Below are positions 46,353 through 57,972 of a stretch of DNA of 64,000 nt, piece after piece. Origin of the DNA: Mobula hypostoma (Eukaryota); the NCBI RefSeq assembly GCF_963921235.1, contig NC_086114.1:34038001-34102000 (forward strand), in the 5' to 3' direction. Position 1 is the first letter of the stretch, and every line of letters starts with the position of its first letter. The position numbers and the translations under genes are program-made. The notes beneath the pieces are model-generated. The model was given only the letters and a program-made list of their open reading frames with translations. It had not been told where the DNA came from and did no database searches.

Positions 46353-47011
46353 GAGATAGGCGGCGCGACGCAGCTCGCAGCGGCTACTCTGGTGGTAATG
46401 TCTGTTAGTTGTCATGTAGTGTGCTGTCCACAATCCTGGTTTGATGGAGATGGACGTGGGAGTATGGAGGAACATCTGGAGAAACTTCTGAAATGCCTGC
46501 TTCACTGCTGCTGCTACTGTGTGATCCAGAATCTCTGGAGGGGAAGGTCCCGAGTCCTCGGCTTTGCTTGTTGCTCGGCGGCCGGGGCGGGGTCGAAGTG
46601 CTCGGCAGAGGATGGTGCTCGGAGAGGCTGTGTTGGAGGGGCTGGTCAGAGGCTCGAAGTTTTCGGACGGACTCAGAGTCGACTGCGGTCGGATGCTTCC
46701 AATGCAAGTTGTCGGCGCTTGGAGGTTCATGGCAGGGAGAGTTTCTCCCTCCTGCCGCCTGCATTAGATGGATGAGGCGATCGGGACTTTGAGATTTTTT
46801 TTACCGTACCCATGGTCTGCTCTTTATCAAATTATGGTATTGCTTTGCATTGTTGTAACTATATGCTATAATTATGTGGTTTTGTCAGTTTTAGCCTTGG
46901 TTTGTCTTTTTTTGTGATATCATTCTGGAGGAACATTGTATCATTTTTTAATGCTTGCATTTCTAAATGGCAATAAACAAAGACTGAGAGTCTTCATAAT
47001 CTAATCTAATC
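46353..47011 (+). mobile_element. GC-rich non-autonomous retroelement with (CTAAT)n tail
   Basis: Abrupt CpG-rich start 'gagataggcggcgcgacgcagc'; T-rich 3' region, AATAAA, then taatctaatctaatc; possible GAAG flanking duplication. Confidence 0.55.
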
Positions 47012-47189
47012 GAAGTCTCAACCTCATAGCAGTCTGAGTCAATGAATTTGTTAATTTTGCAAGACATCAGATTCACAAGATTCACAATTATATTATATTA
47101 TCATGGAGTCATTTTTTTATTCTATTACAACTTTAACCAAGTCTACAGGGAGTTTGGCCTCATCACGTAGGACATCAATAGAGTAGCTC

Positions 47190-47750
47190 CTTTAAATAAG
47201 CTAGTTTAAATAATGTTAGCTATGCTAATGAACAAATGACACCTGTTAAACTCACCTCAACATGTCTTTTACAGTCATTTAACCCACCCTGGGCAATAGA
47301 AAAGTCACTGTTGCAAACAGTGCAGTGAGCAACACTGTCATTATTTTTGACCCCTAGTAGGCAGGGGTACACTTTAGTGTAGTCTGGGGTGAAGTACGTT
47401 TTATATTTTCTTTTTTGGAACACTCTGCCATGGCGCTGCAGGACACTAAACTGAACTGATAGACAATGAAAGAGAGAGAGAGGTTGACTGTAAAGCCTGC
47501 CAACAGAAAAAACTGATAGGTCTACTTAGCACAAAGAGAGACCAATCAGGATGCTCTCTCTGTCACTTTCTCGCTATGTCTGTCACTCGTGCTCTCTCTC
47601 TCTCTCACTCTCTCTCTCCCCCACCCCCTCTCGCTTGCTTTCTCTCAAAAGAATCGATTTCTGGGATATTGTATATAATTTGCGGGCATCAGGGAGCCGC
47701 TATCAATATGCGGGTGACTCCCAGAACTTCCGGGAGAGGTGGGATGTCTG
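47190..47750 (-). mobile_element. hAT-type DNA transposon 5' end with first transposase exon
   Basis: Terminus CAGACATCCCACCTCTCCCGGAAG at 47750; ATG in CGCCATGG at 47431; BED-like AHCTVCNSDFSIAQGGLNDCKRHVE followed by a gtgagt donor. Confidence 0.65.
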
Positions 47751-47949
47751 CTAAGGGCTCCAGTTGCCAGGTCCTATCTAAGGGGAAGGCTCTAAGACAG
47801 AGATCCTTGGAGCCTCATCCCAGGAACTCAGTGACCATTTGTCGCACCTTGCTGCTGACGTCTGAGGAGGTAGACGAGGATTTGGACTATGATTGGGCTT
47901 CTTTTTTCACTGAAGACTCTTGTGGACATATTAGGGAGATTCTAGGATA

Positions 47950-50900
47950 TGCCAAAGCACCCCTGCTACCAACAGATCCTTCCTTGGAGGAAGGAACGGG
48001 GTTAATTGCAGCACCCAGGTTGGTAGAAATCCCTTCCATCTATATGGATTTGGAAGAGATCTTCAGTAAGTGTAAGGCCTTGACTCTTTCACTGCACTGA
48101 CCCTACGACTGTACAATAGATCTACTGCCAGGTATGTGTCCTCTACAGGGTTGATTATATGCACTCTCAGGCCTGGAGAGAAGCACTATGGAGGTGTATA
48201 TTAAGGAGGCTCTTCTTCAGGGATTCATTGATGCCTCCACCTCTCCAGCCGGTGCTGGCTTCTTCATCATACAGAAGGATAGGAGTCTATGGCCTTGCAT
48301 TGATTATAGAGGGCTGAATCGCTTAACAGTCAAGAATCATTATTTCTTCCACTCATGAACACCACTTTTGAGATTCTCCAAGGGGCAAGAGTACTCTCAT
48401 AGCTGGACTTGCAGAGTGCATACAACCTGGTTCTCATAAAGGAGGTGACGAGAGGAAGACGGCATTCAACACACTGACAGGACACTATGAGTATCTGGTC
48501 AAGCCCTTCGGCTTTGTGAATGTGCCAGCAGTTCTCCGGGCTTTTACAAATGACATGCTCTGGATGCTCTCCATAAGTACACTTTCATCTACATGGATGA
48601 CATCCTAATTTTCTCAAAGTCCATGGAGAAGCATGTAGCTCACATCAGAGATATCCTAAAGGGGCTTCTTGGACTTTACATCACGCTGGAGAAGTCTGAA
48701 TTTCACATAACCACTATTTCTTTTCTGGGCTTCATCAAGATGGACCCTAGTAAGATGCAGCCGGTCGGAGGTTAGCCACCACCATCCAACTTCTATTGAA
48801 AGTTTATCAGAAACTTCAGCTTGGTGGCGGTTCCACTGACAGCAGTAACCAAGAGATGCATGGGCCCTTCTGTTTGGAATACTGAGGCGGAGAGTGCTTT
48901 CGCAGAGCTCAAACAGTGGTTCACCACAGTTCCCATTTTGGTCACACCTAACCTGGATCTTACCTTCATTCTGGAAGTGGATGCCTCAGATGTTGGAGTA
49001 GGTGCGGCGTTGTCTCAATGGACACCTTTGGACAATAAACTTCACCTGTGTGCATTCTTTTCCAGGCAACTATCCCTGGCAGAGTTGTACGTATTATGAA
49101 ATTGGGAATAGAGAGCTGATCATGGCTACTTTGGCTCGGGAGGAATGGCAACACTGGCTTGAGAAGCCAAAAACCTTTTTATTGTATGGATGGCCCACGA
49201 GAACCTGGCTTATATTCAGGAGGCCAAGAGAGTGAATTCCAGGCAGGCCAGGCGTTCTTCTTTCATTAACCCTTTTAATTTCATCCTGATCTATCGACCA
49301 GGATCTAAGAACCAGAAGCCAGATGCTTGTCCCGTCAGTTCAATGAATCCAAATGAGAAAAGAAGCCTACTAGCATTATGCCTCCAGCCAAGGTGATAGC
49401 ACCAATTCGTTGGGGGATTGACACATTCCCAGGTGCAAGGGGAGATTCCTCAGAATGACCCCCTGGGTTGGCTGTTCGTTCCTTGTCACATCTGGTCTCG
49501 GGTTCTTCAATGGGGACATGCATCAAGATTGACATCTCACCCAGGGATTGCCAGGACAATTGAGATCATTAAGGGAAGATATTGGTGGCCTGCTATGGCG
49601 AGGGAAGTCTGTCAATACATTCTGGCATGCGAGGTGTGCGCCTGGAACAAGGAGCCCTGCACCCAACCTCAAGGGCTCCTTCACCCTCTGCCTGTTCCAG
49701 AAAGACCACGGGCTCACATCTCCATGGACTTTGTCACGGGTCTTCCTCCTTCCAAAGGGAAGACCATTATCATGGTAATTATGTATTGCTTTCCAAAGGC
49801 CTGCAAATTCATCGCCTTGGGCAGACTTCCATCTGTGATGGAGATGGATGAGATTGTCCTGCAGCAGGTCTTCAGGATCCGTGGTTTTCCATTGGACATT
49901 GTGTCGGATCGCAGTCTGCAATTGACATCATGTTTCCGGAGGCCATTTTGCAAACTGATTGGGTCAACAGCGATTTTTTTCCTCTGGGTTTCATCTGCAG
50001 TCCAACAGCCAGGTGGAACCGGTGAATCAAGATATGGAATGTACCCTAAGGTGCCTGGCCCTGAAGAACCAAGCAAGTGGAGCAACCACTTAATGTGGGC
50101 AGAGAATGCCCTCTACACTTTACAGCATTCGTCACATGGGTTGTCTCCTTTCAAATGCCAATCTGGGTATTCTCCACCACTTTTCCTTGAGCAGGAAGCA
50201 GAATTGGGGATCCTGTGGCTGAAGATATTGTCTGACGCTGCAAGGAGAGATGGACAAAGGTAAAGGAGGTTTTGTTAGCTTCTACCTGGAAGGCTAACCA
50301 CAAGAGAAGAGAGGGACCAGTTTTGCAGCCTGGGCAACAGGTCTGGCTGTCGACTCAAGATTTTCCACTCCGAGCGGAGTCCAGGAAATTAGCACCCAAG
50401 TTCATTGGACCCTTCAGGATTCTCAGGAAAGTAAACCTGGTGGACTATACCTTGCAGCTCCCGAGAACCTCAAGATCAACCACATTTTGCACGTTTCCAA
50501 GTTAAAGCCTGTGAACACCAGCCCATTAACCCCACCACCATCAGCCCCTCCGCCGCCCAGCTTTGTTGATGGAAAACAGGTTTTCGCCGTGAGAAGAATT
50601 TTGGACTCGTGTACTGTTTGAGTTGTTCGGCAATACCTTGTGGACTGGGAAGGATTTGGACCACAGGGGAAGTGTTGGGTGCCTGAAAGAGACATCTTGG
50701 ATCCGGCTCTCACCCATGACTACAATCGTTGTCTCTCTGGGCAGTCTGAGCTGTCAGGAATCAGCCGTAGGGGAGAGGATCCAGTGACCCATCTGTGCCA
50801 GCTTCTGAGGTTTAAACATGGTAACTTCTCAGAGTATGGATAGCTAGCATGGCCTCTTTAAAAATTCAGGACAGTCCCGCTAAATGACCATCATGTTTTG

Positions 50901-51084
50901 GGTGCCAAGGACTGGGAATTTAAGGAGTGTTGAACTGAGGTTCAGTACTCAATCATAAACCTACTCATGATTTTGTCTAGTGCTTGTTTTGAGCTCAGAT
51001 TCTCGATCCAGTTTGAAACCGTGTCTCAATCCTAGCCTCGGATACTCCAGCATTTGGGTCCACGTCATTCTCATTCTCATCACA
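47950..51084 (+). mobile_element. Gypsy/Ty3 chromovirus-type LTR retrotransposon, degenerate pol plus probable 3' LTR (~50783-51084)
   Basis: [11 protein letters not shown] (~48590); RNase H EVDASDVGVGAALSQ; integrase H...HPG...CEVC and MDFVTGLP (49418..50263); chromodomain [10 protein letters not shown]...[10 protein letters not shown] (50630-50710); purine tract at ~50769 and LTR-like segment ending ...CATCACA. Confidence 0.9.
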
Positions 51085-52418
51085 TTCCAGGATTGAATGG
51101 CTTGTCATATGAAGAACATTTGATAGCTCTCGGCCTGTATTCACTAGAATTCAGAAGAATGAGGAGTGACGTCATTGAAACATTGACTGGTGAAAGGCCT
51201 TGATGGAGTGGATGTGGTGAAGAAGTTTCCTATGATGGGAGAGTCGAAGACCAGAGGGCATATCTTCAGAATAGAGGGGCGACCTTTTAGAATGTTGATG
51301 ATGTCATGTGACCGGCAACAATGAATATAGAATTGAGTCAGGTTTTATAAAAACAAACAAACGTTAAGCTCTGCTCAAAAATAGCGAAATGTATTTAAAC
51401 AACTAACTTAACCGGAAGTTAACTGCTATATGGCAACTTTGGAACAGTTCTTAAAAGGGTAAATGCGAAAACAGTTCTTATAGTGGTAAGTTCGAACACA
51501 GTTCTTAGAATGGTAAATTCGAAAGTCCAAGAGCTTTATACAGTCAATTTGCAGAGACTTTCCTGAAGTAAAGGATCCCTCGAAGACGCGACGTTACTAC
51601 TGATCCCAGTCGGAATCTGCCTTGTCTGCAGGAATCACGACGACGGAAATAAAACCGTTTAAAGGAACTGACCTTATCCTCTGGAGAATAGACACTGCAC
51701 AATCCTTCCTGCTTTAGCAGAGGATCTCTCGAAATGCAGGTCACAATTTCTTAAACGAAGAGTCAATAAAGGTTGTTCCTCTCCAAAACCGCCGAACAAT
51801 ATCAGCTTTATTCGACTCGGTGAATTCCTGTACTTTGGTAAGGTCTTCACTCTCCAATACTACTTACAATAGAAAATAGAACTCCACTTTAAAATGAAAC
51901 TGCATCATAAGATGAATATGCAGCATAACGGAGTATCTAATGAATTAAATAATGAGCTAAACTTAAAACTCAACTGGAAAAACTAACTGCATCACACCAG
52001 GGGTCTCCCCTTATATACCTGGTGAAAACATGTCATCACGTGACCTCACATCGGCAGGAAAATTACATCATATGACCTCCACAAGACCATTACATCATGC
52101 TCATCAGATACTCAATTACATCATGGTCATAAGACAGTCACAAGATACCCTTGAGGTATGTAACAATGAGGAGGAATTTCTTTTGCCAGAGAGTGGTGAG
52201 TCTGTGGAATTCTTTGTCACAGGCAGCTGTGGAGGCTAAGCCTTTATGTATATTTAAGGCAGAGACTGACAGATTCTTGATGGTCAGGGCATGAAGGGAT
52301 TTGGGGAGAAGACAGGAGATTGGAGCTGAGAGGAAAATTGGATCAGCCATGATGAAATGGCAGAACAGACTCAATGGGCCAAATGGCCTAATTCTGCTCC
52401 TGTATCTTATGGTCTATG
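51085..52418 (+). mobile_element. CR1 3' fragment interrupted by a solo LTR
   Basis: Near-identical to 44298-44765 on both sides of the insertion. Confidence 0.85.
51302..52165 (-). mobile_element. Solo LTR (864 bp)
   Basis: TGTCA...TAACA termini; 4-bp TSD ATGA (51298-51301 and 52166-52169); minus-strand TATATAAG at 52010-52017. Confidence 0.88.
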
Positions 52419-52553
52419 ATGCTACTGCAAGTAAGTTTTTAATTGCACCTGTGCATACTTGCAATTGTGCATATGTATCGTATTGTATTTTATTTCTTAC
52501 ATCCAAGGGAATATCTTTATGTTGCGTCCCCGTCACAATGTACAAGCAACAAA

Positions 52554-53636
52554 GAATCAGAATCAGGTTTATTATCACCAGCATGTGATGTGAAATTCGT
52601 TAACTTAGCAGCAGCAGTTCAATGCAATACATAATTTAGCAGAGAGAGAGAGAGGAAATAATAAATAAAATAAAACATAATAATGAATAATCAAGTAAAT
52701 CAATTACGTATATTGTGGATAGATTTTTTTTAATGTGCAAAAGCAGAAATACTGTATATTAAACTAAGAGAGGTAGAGTCGAAAGTTTCAATGTCCATTT
52801 AGGAATTGGATGGCAGAGGGGAAGAAGCTGTTCCTGAATTGCTGAGTGTGTGCCTTCAGGCTTCTGTACCTCCTACCTGATGGTAACAGTGAGAAAAGTG
52901 CATGCCCTGGGTGCTGGGGGTCCTTAATAATGGACATTGCCTTTCTGAGACACCACTCCCTGAAGATGTCCTAGGTACTTTGTAGGCTAGTGCCCAAGAT
53001 GGAGCTGACTAGATTTACAACCTTCTGCAGCTTCTTTTGGTCCTGTGCAGTAGCCCCTCCATACCAGACAGTGATGCAGCCTGGCAGAATGCTCTCCATG
53101 GTACAACTATAGAAGTTTTTGAGTGTATTTGTTGACACGCCAAATCTCTTAAAACTCCTAATAAAGTATAGCTGCTGTCTTGCCTTCTTTATGTCTACAT
53201 CAATATGTTGGGACCAGGTTAGATCCTCAGAGATCTTGACACCCAAGAACTTGAAGCTGCTCACTCTCTCCACTTCAGATCCCTCTATGAGGATTGGTAT
53301 GTGTTCCTTCACCTTACCCTTCCTGAAGTCCACAATCAGCTCTTTCATCTTACTGATGCTGAGGCCCAGGTTGTTGCTGCGGCACCATTCCACTAGTTGG
53401 CATATCTCATCCTTGTACGCCCTCTCATCACCACCTGAGATTCTACCAACAATGGTTGTATCATCAGCAAATTTGTAGATGGTATTTGAGCTATGCCTAG
53501 CCACACAGTCATGTGTATATAGAGAGTAGAGCAGTGGGCTAAGCACACACCCCTGAGGTGCGCCAGTGTTGATCACCAGCGAGGAGGATATGTTATCAGC
53601 AATCCGCACAGACTGTGGTGGGAGGATATTGTCCAA
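52554..53636 (-). mobile_element. Rex1/Babar-type LINE 3' part (RT C-terminus)
   Basis: ORF 52971..53636: GAPQGCVLSPLLYSLYTHDC, KFADDTT, FKFLGV; (CTGATT)n tail. Confidence 0.92.
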
Positions 53637-53869
53637 ATACTAAGATTACATACAAAATTATTTTGTATACTTTTATGTACAGCAAATGCACAATCAGATC
53701 GATGTACAGTCAGATATGCAATCAGATCAATGTATTGAGAAGTCTGATGGCCTGTGGAAAGAAGCTGTCATAGAGCCTGTTGGTCCTTTTTGCTGGGTGG
53801 TAGAAGCTGAAACAACAAATTCAGTGTTGACTTTATGGGTCTATGAACCTCAGGATGCAAGGATTCACG

Positions 53870-54162
53870 GATCTTCAGTAGCGTAGTGGTTAGCACAACA
53901 CTTTACAAAGTTATCGACATGGGGTCAATTCCCGCCGCTGTCTGTAAGGAGTTTATATGTTCTCCCTATGACTGTATGGGTTTCCCCAGGTGCTCTGGTT
54001 TCCTTCCCACAGTCCAAAGACACACTGGTTGGTAGGTTAATTGCTTATTGTAAATTGTCCCATGATTAGGCGGGAGTTAAATTGGAGTTTGCTGGCCGGC
54101 GCAGCTCTAAGGACCAGAACAGCTTACTCTGCGCTGTATCTCAATAAATAAAAGAAATAAAT
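53870..54162 (+). mobile_element. tRNA-derived V-SINE (HE1-like), near complete
   Basis: A box TAGCGTAGTGG, B box GGGTCAATTCC, V-domain core, (AATA)n tail. Confidence 0.8.
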
Positions 54163-54794
54163 CATCCTTTCAATTTGAAAAGTTTCTCCACATTTTTTTT
54201 ATCTTCTCCACCTCTTCCAGTGCCTTTTCCAGGTTATCAGTAGGGAGGGGCAGCAAATGAGTCAGATGACTCTAAACCCTACTTAATTACTGATACTAAT
54301 TACTCAACCAATAACACAATGGAATGGACGTAGGAGAATGTCTGCACATCTGAGAATGAACACTATTGCAGCAGCATTGTGATTCCAATGTTTCCTCAGC
54401 CAGTTTAGACATTGACTTGACCAGGCAGGCTTCTTCGTTTTCACGGAGAAGTCTACGAGTAGCTTTGATAAATATTACTGTTTGTATGAAAGGAAAGAGT
54501 AAGTTATAAACCACATCTTTAAAACATAATCGCAGGAAGGGTTCCAATATTTGGATTCAGTGTAATGCTTACTTGGAATTCTTGATCCCAACTGTATCAC
54601 AAGGACAAAATGTAAACACCTCCTTTATTTCCTTTCTTCCCACAAAGAGGAAGGGCGAGTCATTACATTACTAGTCATCTTTAGTTCTCCTTCCTATTCA
54701 GTAGCAGTTGAGAAATGCTACAGTGTGTCGAGGGTTCTTCACAGTCGGTGAAGTTACTCATTGGCTTAGGATTTCTAAGATTGTTACCCAGCAA

Positions 54795-56825
54795 CAATAT
54801 AGGAATGGAGACAGTCAGCATGGCTTTGTGTGTGGTAGTTTGTGTCTACAAATCTAAAAGAGTTTTTTGAGGAGGTTTCCAGGAAAGTTGATGAAGTCAA
54901 GGCAGTGGACCATCAAATTGGGAGAGCACTTCATTGAGCACTTCCACACCATCCGCCACAAGCAGGAATTCCCAGTGGCCAAACATTTTAATTCCCATTC
55001 CTATTCCCGTTCCAACATGTCAATCCATGGCCTCCTCTTGTGCCAAAATGAGACCACCCTTAGGGTGGAGGAGCAACACCTTATATTCTGTCCAGGTACT
55101 CTCCAACCTAATTGCATGAATATCGATTTTTCGTTCCCCTCCCCTTCCTCCATTATGGGAATAATGGACGTGGCTAAATTTGATGATGATGCAAAGATAG
55201 GTGGAGAAGCAGGTAGTATTGAGGAAATAGAGAGCCTGCAAAGAGACTTTAGATAGTTTAGAGGAATAGGCAAAGAAGTAGCAAATGAAATACAATGTTG
55301 GAAAGTGTATGGTCATGCACTTTCGTGGAAGAAATAAACAGGCAGACTATTATTTAGATGGGGAGAAAATTCAAAATGGAAAGATGCAAAGGGACTTGAG
55401 AGTCCTTGTGCAGGATACCCTAAAGGTTAACCTCCAGGTTGACTTGGTGGTGCAGAAGGCGAATGCAGTGTTGGCATTCATTTCTAGAGGAATAGAATAT
55501 AAGAATAGGGATATGATGTTGAGGCTCTATAAGGCATTCGTGAGACCACACGGAGTATTGTGTGCAGTTTTGGGCTCCTTATTTTAGAAAGGATATACTG
55601 ACATTGGAGAAAGTTCAGGGAAGATTCATGAGAATGATTCCAGGAATGAAAGGGTTACCATATGAGGAATGTCTGGCAGCTCTTGGGCTGTATTCCCTGG
55701 AGTTTAGGAGAATGAGGGGGGATCTCATAAAAACATTCCGGATGTTAAAAAGCCTGTTCGGATTAGATATGGCAAATTTATTTCCCATGGTAGGGGAGCC
55801 TAGGTCAAGAGGGCACAACTTCAGGATTGAAGGACGTCCATTTAGAACAGAGATGCAGGTAAATTATTTTTCGTCAGAGGGTGGTAAATCTGTGGAATTT
55901 GTTACCACGAGTGGCCGTGGAGGTCAAGTCATTGGGAACATTTAAGGCAGAGACAGATACATTCTTGATTAGCCAGGGCAACAAAGAGTATGGGGAGAAG
56001 GCAGGGGAGTGGGGATGACTGGAAGAATTGGATCACCCCATGACTGAATGGCAGAGCCGGCTCAATGAGCCAAATGGCCTACTTCTGCTCCTATATCTTA
56101 TGGTCTTATGGTCTTATTAACCAGGGCAGGATGTACACAGTGACTGGCAGGACACTGAGGAGAGCAGAAGAACAAAGGGATCTTGGAATACAGATAGATA
56201 ATTCCTTGAAAGTGGCGTCAAGGGTAGATGGGGTTGTAAAGAGAACTTTTGGCATATTGGCCTTCATAAATCAGAGTATTGGGTGTTATGCTGAGGTTGG
56301 ATAAGATGTAGGTGAGGTTAATTTGGAGTATTGTGTGCAGTTCTGGTCACTTACCCACAGGAAAAAATATCAATGAAATTGAAAGAGATTTAGAAAATTT
56401 ACAAGGATGCAGCTGGAACTTAAGGGCATGAGTTGTAGGGAAAGATTAAATAGTTAGAACTTTATTCCCTGGTGCACAGGAGAGTTGATAGAGATATACA
56501 AAATTATGAGGGGTATACTGCAAATAGGGTAAGGGCAAGCAGGCTTTTTCCAGTGAGGTTGGGTGAGACTAGAAACAGGGGTCATAGGTTAAATGTGAAA
56601 GGAGAACCTGAGAGAGGCACTCAGAGTGTGGTGCAAGTGTGGTACGAGCTGCCATTGAAAGTGGTGGGTATGGGTTTCATTGCAACATTTCAGAGGAGTT
56701 TGGATAGATATATGGATAGGAGGGGTATGGAGGACTATGGTCCAGTTGAGGGTCGATGGGACTGCAGTTCAGCATGGATTAGATGGCCTGAAGGGCCTTT
56801 TTCTGTGCTGTAGTGCTCTTTGACT
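54795..56825 (+). mobile_element. Two tandem CR1 3' fragments (54795-56110 and 56115-56825); the first contains a PLE fragment (54908-55152)
   Basis: ORFs 55285..55587, 55562..55945 and 56472..56813 with CR1 motifs; PLE piece KLGEHFIEH...PVAKHFNS...EEQHLIF. Confidence 0.85.
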
Positions 56826-57530
56826 TTCTTTCCAGATCAAGATGGTGTGTTTCCTCGAGGGCTACTTGCTGAACCGATGTTATACGCCGTGTGATCTCCT
56901 GTTCTTGCGCTTCTGGATAGCAGAGGATGCAGCTGTGGGAAGATCAGTGAACTGCTACTGTGCTCACTGTACAGTTTTCACTGTAACCATGGTGAGGTAA
57001 AGGTGAGGGGAGTAAATATTTCAGCCTGAGGTGTTGAGGTGCTTGTGCATTGCTGGAGTTGGCCGCATTCATCAAGTGAAGGGGAATTTCCATCTAACTC
57101 CTGCCTTGTGCCTTGAGACTAGTGAAGCTGGAGATTTACAGTAGGAGGCAAATTACAGGGCAGGCTATCTCTGACCTCTTCTAGCCAAGGTATTCTTGAG
57201 GCTTCTTCAGTTGGTGAATTCTTCTGACGTTGATAGAGAGGAATACCACAACGGTAATGCCATTGAACGTCGGGAGACTGGTAGAAAATAATATTGGAGG
57301 TTTTCATTACCCCACATACATTATGTGAATCATTGTTATATTGTCTTTCCACCCCAAGTCAAAGCATTACGCTGGTCTTGTTGAAAGAGATCACAGACTG
57401 CTGTCTTATCTGAAGGTTGCAATGGAACCTAGCATTCAGGAGGTTCATGATAAAGCAGCTGAATGCTATTGAGCCTTAAGTTGTCCTGAGGAATCTCTAC
57501 GATGATGCCTTGGGACTGAGCTGATTAACA
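56826..57530 (-). mobile_element. Old CR1-superclade LINE relic
   Basis: Decayed PQ-(G)...FSCFI and KAQGRS.ME RT C-terminal motifs on the minus strand. Confidence 0.5.
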
Positions 57531-57699
57531 TTTGTTCATTTTTTGAAGTGCATGCATGGGTAAGTTGACAAAACCAACCTCCTTATTACAGAGTACTGTT
57601 CTGAATCAATGACAGTTAGCTAGTTCATGGTGCCACACAACATAGAGGCATTATTACTATCAAGATTCATCTATTTTCTCATGGACTGTATATATCCTA

Positions 57700-57972
57700 C
57701 AATACAATCCTGTACATTGGTGAGAGCCGGCGTAGATTGGGAGATCGCTTTGCCAGGCACCGACAGTCCGTCTGCCGGAAAAAATGGGATCTCCCAGTGG
57801 CCACCCATTATAATTCCACTTCCCATTCCCATTCCCATTCTGACATGTCAATCCATAGCCTTCTCTACTGTCGCAATGAGGCCACACTCAGGTTGGAGGT
57901 GCAACATCTTATATTCCTTCTGGGTAGCCTCCAATCTGATGGCATGAACATCGATTTCTCAAACTTCCGGTA
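57700..57972 (+). mobile_element. Penelope-like element fragment (GIY-YIG C-terminus)
   Basis: YIGES.RRLGDRFARH...LPVATHYNS...LEVQHLIFLLGSLQSDGMNIDFSNF (ORF 57737..57973). Confidence 0.82.

Noticed and set aside
51444-51524. CRISPR-like array
   Set aside because: Contiguous tandem units without unique spacers, inside a eukaryotic LTR; no cas genes.
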